Origin: Ylistrum balloti
Taxonomy: Eukaryota
Assembly: GCF_031769215.1 (NCBI RefSeq)
Contig: NW_026781901.1
Coordinates: 2,232,001-2,296,000 of the forward strand
Length of the DNA: 64,000 nucleotides
Direction: 5' to 3'
The notes beneath the pieces are model-generated. The model was not told the DNA's origin and made no database searches. It worked only from the letters and a program-made list of their open reading frames with translations. Shown here one piece after another: positions 37,307-48,894 of this stretch (its first letter is position 1; each line of letters begins with the position of its first letter). The translations under genes and the position numbers were made by a program.

Positions 37307-40300
37307 TTAGCGATTGTGTCGATTTCGTAAATTATATCTTGATTCTGAAGTGCCACCTCCTGATTCGTTTTTATCATACAGCAGTCCATTGTCCTGAGAA
37401 TGTTCTAGAGCAGCTCGGCCATTTGTCCTGAGTGTACCAACGAAACGTTTAGTAGACATGGTAACGCACCTGTAGGCATATAGATGAGGGACAACAAACA
37501 GAGCTCCATTGACAATCCAGAATAGCATGTGGTTTCCCGGAGGAAGCTGCGAGATGGCAGGAGTATACGGGTGGATAGAGGCTCCGATAAGGGAAAACTG
37601 GCCCTGTGTAGCAGACAGATTAATAGGTGAACAATGTAAGGGAAGTAACTCTGTGGAGAAGAGAGAGCTACAAGAAAATGGAGGTTCAAATAAGAGGGAA
37701 CTAGCCTTGCAGAGGGAACAAATTTACAGGTAAATGGAAGCCCCAATAAGGGTAAAGAAATCCTGTAGAATAGAGAGAATTACAAGTAAAGTTTGGCCTT
37801 AACAAGATACAAACCTTGTAGACCTATGGATGAGACAGGGTTTTAGGATTAATGAAGACCAACTATGGGAAAATTGGCTCTGTTGAGAGGACAGATAAAC
37901 AAGTGAGCCTCTGTGAGGAGGAACTTGCCTTGTTGGGAGGACAGATTTCATGTGAGGAGGTTGCCTGATTACAACAAACATAGCTTTTCACACTGATTGT
38001 CACACCAAATTTTAGTACATGTATGTGGTTAGAGAAATATAATTTGTCTCCCTTTAACCTATTCCATAGGCAGACAGAAAATTTGATTGTTAACCCACCT
38101 CGCCTGCAGCTCCAGCCATTATGAGTGACCAGTCCACCACCCATGCTTGACCACTTGGATACAGCAGATCAGAGATGACCATCACATAGTAGGGCACAAA
38201 GTAGAACAAATACAACATCATCTGTGGAGGAATCAAGATTGTGTGTAAGTGAAGGGCACATCCATCCATACATTATCCTTGTTGATAAATACTTCTCATC
38301 TACAGTATTATATATATGTGAAATGGCTGAATCTCATACCTAGTTTGTCATCAACCCCTCACTGGCCATAATAAGGGCTGAAGAAGGCAGCCAGGTAGTT
38401 TCCAAGAGCAACAAATGTCAGAGCAGATTTCACTGTAGAAGACACTGTATAATATTTGTTTACCAATTACAATACCTGTATAATTGTAAGTTATTAGGAA
38501 ATTTATTCACTTTGATACATTAATTGTCTAAAGGACTATAACATCCATTTTATACTAGCACTCTGTGTATTTGTTTGTCAGATAAAACAGATAAAGTTCT
38601 TAGGTAAGGACTGTTATTTGGGAAGGTCACACCTTCTGTAAGGTAAGGTTCATACTGCTGTAAGTGGTCCCTGGTAAGTGACTTACCTGTACCTTTGGGA
38701 AGGTCACACCTTCTGTAAGATAAGGTTCATACTGCTGTAAGTGGTCCCTAGCTAGAGACTTACCTGTACCTTTGGGAAGGTCACACCTTCTGTAAGATAA
38801 GGTTCATACTGCTGTAAGTGGTCCCTAGCTAGAGACTTACCTGTACTTTTGGGAAGGCCACACCATCGGTAAGATAAGGTTCATACTGCTGTAGGTAGTC
38901 CTTGGCTACCTCTGCAGGACTTCCAAGTACTGCCTATAAGTACATGTAAAAGCCATTAAGCAGAGTTAGCATTTGAAACACATTAGAATCCCACTTCACA
39001 TGACTGCAACTCTTGAAATGATCTTTTTAAGTTAACAATCTTTTTTACTTTCCCTTGAAGAAGTTTATTTCTAATTTGTTACCTATGTTTGAAGTCAAAA
39101 GCTTTCACTTAACTGAAAAAGCAACCTAGCTTTGTATCTTCTGCATCTTATCAAACCAAATTATGTAACTTAACAAATCCATTATACTTTTAAAGAAAGC
39201 TGTATGAGAGACATTACAAATGGCATTAAAATGATTTAACAAAATATATTGCCAGTATGTGTATCTTTGGACTTTTGTACAAGTGTACAGTGTAACACAG
39301 TGATATTATCTATAGACTTTTGTACAGTGTAACACAGTGACATTATCTATAGACTTGTGTACAGTGTAACACAGTGACATTATCTATAGACTTGTGTACA
39401 TGTGTACAGTGTAACACAGTGACATTATCTATAGACTTGTGTACATGTGTACAGTGTATAAAGTGACATTATCTATAGACTTGTGTACAAGTGTACAGTG
39501 TAACACAGTGACATTATCTATAGACTTGTGTACAAGTGTACAGTGTAACACAGTGACATTATCTATAGACTTGTGTACAGTGTAACACAGTGACATTATC
39601 TATAGACTTGTGTACAGTGTAACACAGTGACATTATCTATAGACTTGTGTACATGTGTACAGTGTAACAAAGTACTGACTTTATTTATAGAATTTTGTAT
39701 GAACTGACTTTTTGACAGAGTAAGACTATGTCTTCAGGTTACACTGGTACGTGTAACACCATTATCTATAGACTTGTGTACATGTGTACAGTGTAACACA
39801 ATGACATTATCTGTAGACTTGTGTACAGTGTAACACAGTGACATTATCTATGGACTTGTGTACAGTGTAACAACGTGACATTATCTATAGACTTGTGTAC
39901 AAGTGTACAGTGTAACAGAGTGACATTATCTATAGACTTGTGTACAAGTGTAACACAATGACATTATCTGTAGACTTGTGTACAGTGTAACACACAGACT
40001 TGCTGTACATGTGTGTGAACACAGATAGCAGCTACAAAAGTGACAATAAACAGCAGATCCATAGGTCTCTCTTGAATAGGTCGCATTCCGCTCTCATCAC
40101 TGTCACCCTGAACAAACAAAACAAGTCATTCTGTATTGTACATGTAGTTGTGATCAAGGGACTTAATCACAAGGCCTAGCGAAAGATCTCATCCTCTATA
40201 TACATTGTACTTGTGACATATTATGTGAATGCCCTCATAATTAATTACTAATTACTACTTCAATCACTACTCTGAAAATAATCACATTATAAACTTCCAA

Positions 40301-43300
40301 TAGGACATTAGGATTTAGGGTGCTGAGGCTAATGGATGTGATCTGTATCATCTACTCTTATTTGGAAGCCCTCATAATTAATTACTAATTACTACTTCAA
40401 TCACTACTCTGAAAATAATCACATTATAAACTTCCAATAGGACATGCGTAACAATGTTAGACAAAGGAAAAAGACAGAGCATTAAAAAACAAACAAAATA
40501 AAATACAAAACAAAACCATTGAACTTAAAAGGCACTTCAAAACCCCTTTTGTCATGGCTACCTGGTGCTGAGTGTTGAGTTGTGGTGCATTTTTCAGGAA
40601 CTTGTACCCCATCCACACAGGTATACACAGGTAGGGCATATTGAGGAGGATCGGCCATCTTACTCCATACTCACCTGTAATGATAAATTATACATAGTTT
40701 GGTTGATATCTGTATTAGGGTAAAAAGCTGCATTTAGTATAAGATCAACTACTGATAAATTCAACGGTAATGAACATGTGACCCATCAATGACCTTAGTG
40801 CAAATAACAAGATCATCTATCAATGAATTAAGGATCCACTAATGACCACGGAGAGAATGATAAAGTTGCCTACCGAAGACCCTGAACAGGATGATAAGTT
40901 GACCTACCGAATACCCCGAACGGGATGATAAGTAGTTGACCTACCAATGACCCTGAACGGGATGATAAGTTGACCTACCAATGACCCTAAATGGGACAAT
41001 AAGTTAACCTACCAATGACCCTGAACGGGACGATAAGTTGACCTACCAATGACCCTGAACAGGATAAGTTGACCTACTAATGACCATGAACAGGATGATA
41101 AGTTGACCTACCAATGACCCTGAACGGAATGATAAGTTGACCTGCCAATGACCCTGAACGGGATGATAGGTTGCCTACCAATGACCCTGAACGGAATGAT
41201 AAGTTGACCTACCAATGACCCTGAACGGGATGATAAGTTGACCTACCAATGACCCTGAACGGGATGATAAGTTGACCTACCAATGACCCTGAACGGGATA
41301 AGTTGACCTACCAATGACCCTGAACGGGATAAGTTGACCTACCAATGACCCTGAACGGGATGATAAGTTGACCTACCAATGACCCTGAATGGGATGATAA
41401 GTTGACCTACCAATGACCCTGAACGGGATGATAAGTTGACCTACCAATGAGTCCAGCAGGAAGAATCAGCAGCAGACTGTTGGTGATGGATCCCACCCAG
41501 TACAGACCGGCCTTCCTGTACTTCTCACTGAAACAACACAGAATAAGTCACTTCTGAATTACCTTTTAATGCTCAGAGTTAATCAACATTGTCATCTTAC
41601 AAGGTTGGTCTGAAATATGCAGAATTATTAGCTGACCTCTTACTTGTAGTCATTTTGAAGAGGACAAAAGTGTACAAAAACATCACATTGGTTGGTCGAG
41701 ATACTTTTATGTACAGGTCTTGTTTAAGAAAGGAAATGTACAGATAGAAGTGCAGGAAAACATCTCAGTGGTTGGACAAGATACTCCTTTGTACAAGTCT
41801 TGTTTGTGAATGTAAATGTACTGACAAATGTGTATCTACCTACCTCAGTAGCTGTAAAACATACTTACTTGTATGAGTTGTGTGTAATGATGTAAATGTA
41901 CAGACAGAGGTGTATCTACCTACCTCAATGGCTGTAAAACATACTTACTTGTATGAGTTGTGTGTAAGGATGTAAATGTACAGACAGAGAGGTGTATCTA
42001 CCTACCTCAATGGTTGTATAAGATACTTACTTGTATGTATGAGTTGTGTGTAAGTATGTAAATGTACAGACAGAGGTGTATCTACCTACCTCAATAGCTG
42101 TATAAGATACTTACTTGTATGAGTTGTGTGTAAGTATGTAAATGTACAGACAGAGGTGTATCTACCTACCTCAATAGCTGTAAAACATACTTACTTGTAT
42201 GAGTTGTGTGTAAGGATGTAAATGTATTGAGACAGAGAGGTGTATCTACCTACCTCAATAGTTGTAAAACATACTTACTTGTTAAGTTGTGTGTAAGGAT
42301 GTAAATGTACAGACAGAGAGGTGTATCTACCTACCTCAATAGCTGTAAAACATACTTACTTGTTAAGTTGTGTGTAAGGATGTAAATGTACAGACAGAGA
42401 GGTGTATCTACCTACCTCAATAGTTGTAAAACATACTTACTTGTATGAGTTGTGTGTAAGGATGTAAATGTACAGACAGAGGTGTATCTACAAACCTCAA
42501 TAGCTGTATAAGATACTTACTTGTATGAGTTGTGTGTAAGGATGTAAACGTACAGACAGAGAGGTGTATCTACCTTCCTCAATAGTTGTATAAGATACTT
42601 ACTTGTATGAGTTGTGTGTAAGGATGTAAATGTACAGACAGAGAGGTGTATCTACCTTCCTCAATAGTTGTAGTTGTGTGTAAGGATGTAAATGTACAGA
42701 CAAGGTGTATCTACCTTCCTCAATAGTTGTATAAGATACTTACTTGTATGAGTTGTGTGTAAGGATGTAAATGTACAGACAGAGAGGTGTATCTACCTTC
42801 CTCAATAGTTGTATAAGATACTTACTTGTATGAGTTGTGTGTAAGGATGTAAATGTATTGAGACAGAGAGGTGTATCTACCTTCCTCAATAGTTGTATAA
42901 GATACTTACTTGTATGAGTTGTGTGTAAGGATGTAAATGTACAGAGAGGTGTATCTACCTACCTCAATGGCTGTAAAAGATACTTACTTGTATGAGTTGT
43001 GTGTAAGGATGTAAATGTACAGACAGAGAGGTGTATCTACCTACCTCAATAGTTGTAAAACATACTTACTTGTATGAGTTGTGTGTAAGGATGTAAATGT
43101 ACAGACAGAGAGGTGTATCTACCTACCTCAATAGTTGTAAAACATACTTACTTGTATGAGTTGTGTGTAAGGATGTAAATGTACAGACAGAGAGGTGTAT
43201 CTACCTTCCTCAATAGTTGTATAAGATACTTACTTGTATGAGTTGTGTGTAAGGATGTAAATGTACAGAGAGGTGTATCTACCTACCTCAATGGCTGTAA

Positions 43301-46116
43301 AAGATACTTACTTGTATGAGTTGTGTGTAAGGATGTAAACGTACAGACAGAGAGGTGTATCTACCTACCTCAATAGTTGTAAAACATACTTACTTGTATG
43401 AGTTGTGTGTAAGGATGTAAATGTACAGACAGAGAGGTGTATCTACCTTCCTCAATAGTTGTAAAACATACTTACTTGTATGAGTTGTGTGTAAGGATGT
43501 AAATGTACAGACAGAGAGATGTATCTACCTACCTCAATAGTTGTATAAGATACTTACTTGTATGAGTTGTGTGTAAGGATGTAAATGTACAGACAGAGAG
43601 GTGTATCTACCTACCTCAGTAGCTGTAAAACATACTTACTTGTATGAGTTTTGTGTAAGGATGTAAATGTACAGACAGAGAGGTGTATCTACCTACCTCA
43701 ATAGTTGTATAAGATACTTACTTGTATGAGTTGTGTGTAAGGATGTAAATGTACAGACAGAGAGGTGTATCTACCTACCTCAATAGTTGTATGAGATACT
43801 TACTTGTATGAGTTGTGTGTAAGGATGTAAATGTACAGACAGAGGTGTATCTACCTACCTCAATAGTTGTAAAACATACTTACTTGTATGAGTTGTGTGT
43901 AAGGATGTAAATGTACAGACAGAGGTGTATCTACCTACCTCAATGGCTGTAAAAGATACTTACTTGTATATTTTGTGTGTAAGTATGTAAATGTATAGAC
44001 AGAGGTGTATCTACCTACCTCAATAGCTGTAAAACATACTCACTTGTATGAGTTCTGTGTAAGGATGTAAATGTACAGACAGAGGTGTATCTACAAACCT
44101 CAATAGCTGTAAAACATACTTACTTGTATGAGTTGTGTGTAAGGATGTAAATGTACAGACAGAGAGGTGTATCTACCTACCTCAATAGTTGTATAAGATA
44201 CTTACTTGTATGAGTTGTGTGTAAGGATGTAAATGTATTGAGACAGAGAGGTGTATATACCTTCCTCAATAGTTGTATAAGATACTTACTTGTAAGAGTT
44301 CTGTGTAAGGATGTAAATGTACAGGCCAAAGTGTACGAAAGCATCCCAGTAGTTGATAAAAGTCCCATGTGTAGTCTTGAGGTAGGGCTCCCCCTCCAGT
44401 AGATAAAAGGCCATGAAACTGTGGATGATGCCATCGTTCTCTAAAGCAATTATCAAATCTACTACACAGGCAAAGGCAAACAGACTCCAGGCTGCAAGAA
44501 AGCATTTAAATATATGTCAATTACATTGCACTTGTCACAATTCATTAATGTGTAGGACAATGTTAGGGAAATGCAACTGGATGAAATAATGGTTTCAATA
44601 TGGTTTAATTCTTACCATGTTTCCTGGTGTCTGCATATATTTATAAGATTATGTTGTTGTAAATGTAAACTTTATACACAGTACTGTCGTCCTCATATGA
44701 CCCTAGCTGTTACAATAAATTCTATACACACAAAGAAACCTTTATAATAAAAGAATTTAACAAATAACTCTTTTCTAAATATTCTTACTTATAGTAATAG
44801 TACTAATATTGTCCCAATATCCAGTCTCCCATTTTTGTGTCCCAACCCTCTGAAGCCTCAAGAGAACCTGACCATTATTAGGTGCAGTAATCATTGGTCC
44901 ACAAGAGTACCAGTCCATTGTTAGGCACATACTCTCTCCCTTGATGAGAGTCTGACCATTACTGGGCCCCATCCCTTGCTCTTAAAAGGACTAGACCATT
45001 TTTGAGACCTTAACGTTTGCTCTCTGGAATATTGTGCCATTATTGGACTCAAATCTTCCATCCTCAAAAAGACCAGATCATCATCGGGACCTGTCCTGTT
45101 GAAAACCAGATCATTATCGAGACCAACCCATGGCCCTCAAGAGGACCTGACCATTATTAGGCATCAACCTTTCCTTCCTGAGAATATCTGACCATTATTA
45201 GCAATTAGCAATCTTCTGTTCCTAAAGAACCAGCTCATCATAAGACCCTTAGCCTCTGTCCTGATGAACAGTCTGGCCAGTATACTGGGCCACAATCCTT
45301 TGCATTCACTTCACCCCTACATAACTGGACTATTACTGGGCTTCTACCATATCAAATTCTACCCTTAACCTCAATTGGACCAGACCATTATTGGGTATAA
45401 TCCTCTGTCCTTAAGGGACCAGCCTATCACTTGGCCCACACCCTCTGTCCCTCAATTGGACCTGAACATTATTGGGTATAATCCTCTGTCCTTAAGGGAC
45501 CAGCCTATCACTTGGCCTACACCCTCTGTCCCTCAACAACTAGGTAATTATTTGGCTCGAACACTTAAAAGAACTGTCATATAGGTCACAACCATCTGCC
45601 ATCAACAGGGTCAGACATCAATAGACCCCAGGTCAAACGGTAGGCAAGAGATCTGTCTACATATACTTTCTACAAGCGGGGGCCAGGAAAACCCAGTAAG
45701 CAGCTGACTTGTTTTATGTATCATAGCACAGAAAAAAGTGGCACGATGAATTAGTGTAGCACTATCTTTTTCCGGCAGACTTGCTCAAGTCCGAGTTTTG
45801 ATAAGGAGCAGGATTTCATGGATTAAACGCATGCGAAGCATATTGAGCCACAGCACATTTCAGAAACTATTATAAAGATATGATAAATAGGATGCATGCA
45901 ATGATACGTACCGTAAAAGAATGGATCTCGCTTGGGAATGTCGGTGTTCCGGGCGTACAGATATGGCAGAAGAGCCACCAGAATGATTGCAAACCCGCCT
46001 ATACCAAGGATAATCAGAGGATTTGTGACATAATCCTTAAATAGATTAACGCTATACGTAAGTGGAATGCCGACCAAAGAGGTCAAACAGATGACCGCAA
46101 CACTCGACAACGTCAT
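37307..46116 (-). CDS. TM6SF1: Transmembrane 6 superfamily member 1-like (EXPERA domain), ~407 aa
   Basis: Exons 46116-45912, 44491-44290, 41527-41445, 40674-40562, 40107-~40000 (3' end uncertain), 38933-38841, 38221-38099 and 37603-37307, with consistent phases. TM6SF1-like motifs: RDPFFY, DLIIALENDG, EGEPYLKTTHG...YWD, GLYWVGSI, RPMDL, EPYLTD...FPKVQM, GQFSLIGASIH and YAYRC. Confidence 0.92.
38612..38905. repeat. 77-bp tandem duplication of the TM6SF exon-6 3' part plus donor (exon + 2 full + 1 partial copies)
   Basis: On the minus strand ...CCTTCCCAAA(A/G)GTACAG|GTAAGT has the donor G at 38840, 38763 and 38686. Confidence 0.9.
39280..40015. repeat. 37/45-bp minisatellite abutting the TM6SF exon-5 end
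   Basis: Unit GTACAGTGTAACACAGTGACATTATCTATAGACTTGT, with or without GTACAAGT. It is interrupted by unique sequence at ~39670-39750. Confidence 0.9.
40231..40445. repeat. ~78-bp direct duplication separated by ~59 bp, TM6SF intron 4
   Basis: GCCCTCATAATTAATTACTAATTACTACTTCAATCACTACTCTGAAAATAATCACATTATAAACTTCCAATAGGACAT occurs at 40231 and 40368. Confidence 0.9.
40860..41450. repeat. 34-bp minisatellite (~17 copies) containing the TM6SF exon-3 donor
   Basis: Unit GACCTACCAATGACCCTGAACGGGATGATAAGTT; the minus strand contains TCATTG|GTAGGTC, identical to the real junction at 41445/41444. Confidence 0.92.
41815..44325. repeat. ~82-bp minisatellite (~30 copies) containing the TM6SF exon-2 end and donor
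   Basis: Period 82 (43031 to 43113). The minus-strand unit includes TGTACATTTACATCCTTACACACAACTCATACAA|GTAAGTAT, a near copy of the last ~33 nt of exon 2 plus its donor. Confidence 0.96.
44770..45540. repeat. Old degenerate GACCATTATTGGG-type repeat with a recent ~81-bp duplication, TM6SF intron 1
   Basis: GACCATTATT/GATCATTATC motifs recur. The ORF 45375..45584 repeats IIGYNPLSLRDQPITWPTPSVPQ twice. Confidence 0.75.
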
Positions 46117-46652
46117 CTTTCACTTATCGTCTGATAATGAAAGTACGGGATATAATCTTTATCATACAGATGCTTTAAATGCCATGCCCTTAAGGATGCA
46201 TGTTCCTCATTATCTTCAAATTTCCATTCGCTGATTTTAACAATCAACACTCTTAATATCACGTATAAAACACAGTGCTGGACATTTTTTCGAAATTCAA
46301 ACATGTTCATGTCATTGGTTTAATATTCCAAAATCATAGAAAAGATTTATTCAATTCGACACAATGATGAAAAGTACACAGTATTTTTTTGCTTTTTCTA
46401 ACCATTTTTAAAATACTTTTAATGACAAGTGACTATGATTTAGCAAGATTGGATAATATGTTATTCATATCACTTTAAGAGTTCCTTTTGCACAACATAT
46501 GATATAATCTAATTTCAATTGACCTTGTATAATTGGAGTCAGTTAACACTGCAGTTTGTATGTGACCACACCTATACAATCTAAATTGTCATTTATATCA
46601 TGTGTAGCCCTGGTAAAAAGCTAGCCACAAAATACTGCTTGGCTAGAGAGAA

Positions 46653-46725
46653 CTGCTCTTTAGCTTGATCAGTTGAGCATCAGACTAGTACGCCATGAGT
46701 CCTAGTTCGATTCCTAGCGGAGGCA
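46653..46725 (+). pseudogene. tRNA-Thr(AGT)-like pseudogene or SINE head
   Basis: It has an A-box-like TAGCTTGATCAGTTGAGC, an anticodon loop CTAGTAC, a B box GTTCGATTCC and an AT-rich tail. The anticodon stem does not pair and the T stem lacks a G. Confidence 0.5.
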
Positions 46726-47196
46726 TTGAAATAAATTAATTAATAAATAAATACTGGATGATGTTTATACATCCTATCACTTTTCAGATTAAATTTTTTT
46801 GATCTTTACAGTGTATATAAATAGTGAAAGGTATCATCTTCATAAAAATTACGGGCCATATGGTTTGTTTGAAAAAAATACAACTCAGTGCAGACGTTTA
46901 TTATCCTTCATTCCCTGCCACTTTCAGAGATCAGAAGGAAAACACATGTATTGTATTGTCTCTCAGGTCCAGGCATCAAAGGCCAAGTTCACTCTTATAT
47001 GAATAGAAAAACTGGTCTCAAGAGCTTTTCAGATCACGAGATCAAAGGTCAAGGTCATTCTTAGAAACTGTATCCCAATGTCTATGGATGGCATGCAACA
47101 GGCTCCCAGTATTGCTGAGGTAGTCAGCATCTACTACAATGAGATGTCTTAGATCAAGTCAGCACTTTAATAAGTCTGTGTAAATGTATGAAAATT

Positions 47197-47924
47197 AACA
47201 AGAGTGCCCATGGTGGACATTATCTGCCTGTCCTATAACAAAGATATTTATATGGTGATAATGAGTCAACAAGTTTAGAGGGAAACAGTGCAATGTGTTT
47301 AAATGATAGATACAAGATGGATAGGAAACAGAATATCTCTGTGAATTACTGTCCAAACATTTCCGTGACAAAACTAGTCTGAGCTATCATGGAAACAAAT
47401 CTTCAAGTTTGAAGTTGATCAATTGAAAACTATTTTTGATATCAAGCGTACACTTGTTCTGTAATTAAATAAAAGGCCATAACACCATGAATTACTGTCC
47501 AAAAATTACAGAGATCAAGCTTGTCTGAGCTAACATGGTATTGAACCATTCCATGAAGTTTGAAGTTGATATATTGGAAACTACTTTCAATATCAAGAGG
47601 ACACTGTTTCTGTAATTAAACATAGCGATGACTTTTGGTCCAAAAATTGCAATCATCCAACTTCCTTGAATATTTTTATGAAGTTTAAAGTTGCTTCATT
47701 ACAAACTACTTGCGATATCTCTTGGACATGTTTTGATAATTAAATAAGGGACAATAAGTCTGTGGATTACAGTTAAAAAATCGAAGTGAAGTTTGAAATT
47801 GATCCAATGAAAACTAATTAAGTCATCAAGCAAACATTAAGGGTGCCCGCCTGTCTGTCTGACCGTCCCCTGCCTGCTCACATGAAAACATAGCACAACC
47901 TGTCTTTCGACAGGTGTATAAAAA
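47197..47924. mobile_element. Non-autonomous Helentron/HINE-like element
   Basis: It starts AACAAGAG and contains degenerate internal subunits (ATGAATTACTGTCCAAA; AAGTTTGAAGTTGAT) and a CTGT microsatellite. A terminal hairpin ACCTGTC-TTTC-GACAGGT (47898-47915) is followed by GTATAAAAA. Family assignment is from memory. Confidence 0.55.
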
Positions 47925-48894
47925 CACTGGACAAATAAAAACATTGGACATGGGGAGGCAACTCGAACAGGCAAATTCTACATATTGGAGTTTCTACACA
48001 TGCTTAAGTAAACAAGAAGCTTTATACTAGTTTGCAAAGCAGATAAAACACCTCTCTATGAATAGGACATTTATGTTTTCCCTTGAATCTAATGATGACA
48101 AAAAAATTATATCGGAAAATAATTTTCAAACACATTCAATCCCTTTTGCAAAATTAGATGCATGCTGTGGGTTTTTTTTGAAGATAATTTTTTTATCCAG
48201 CATAGGAGGTTGAGATTATCTGAAAGTTATGCACAAAATCCTGGCAATTTTTTTTTGTTGCTTTAAACTGCTCTTCATTCTAAAGTATATAACACTGACT
48301 TTCTTTGTGAATTCCTACCTACTGTGATAAGATTACATGCATTGAAAGAAAATTATAAAAAAAGCTTTCAAACACTTTTTTTCATTTATTCTGTACATTT
48401 GCCACAATGACTTTTCTTCAAACAAAATCTTGTTCAACAAAAAATGTCATGAATATAAAATCTGTCATTTCATCATAATTTTGACAATCACCATCTTTGT
48501 AAACACTAACACTCAGCTATATGACTTACACTAGCTGTACCCAGCACCAAAGATCCAGTTGTCATTATGACACTGTATTTAAATGTCTAAACCACAACAA
48601 GTGATTCTAACCAACATATTGTTTAATTAACTCAACATTAATATACACAACAATGTTTGACACTAATGAGTTCTGATGGGTATATCAGAGTTATTTCCCC
48701 TTTCACACTCCTCATCAAGTCACAATTCTCCTCTGGTTCAGATGTACAGGTCACAGGTTTGTTCTGAAGAAGTGTAAGATTTGCATACAAAATCACACAT
48801 TATTAATACACACAATTGTTGTCTGTCACTCCCATAAATAATCTGAATGATATTTCCCGTAAAGCCACATATACAATGAGTCCATCACAAAACC

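Noticed and set aside
37405-37746. Long alternative-frame ORFs overlapping the last TM6SF exon (37405..37746 -, 37509..37733 +)
   Set aside because: Shadow ORFs of the real coding exon and its intron.
46653-46725. Functional tRNA-Thr gene
   Set aside because: The anticodon and T stems are broken; kept only as a pseudogene or SINE head.
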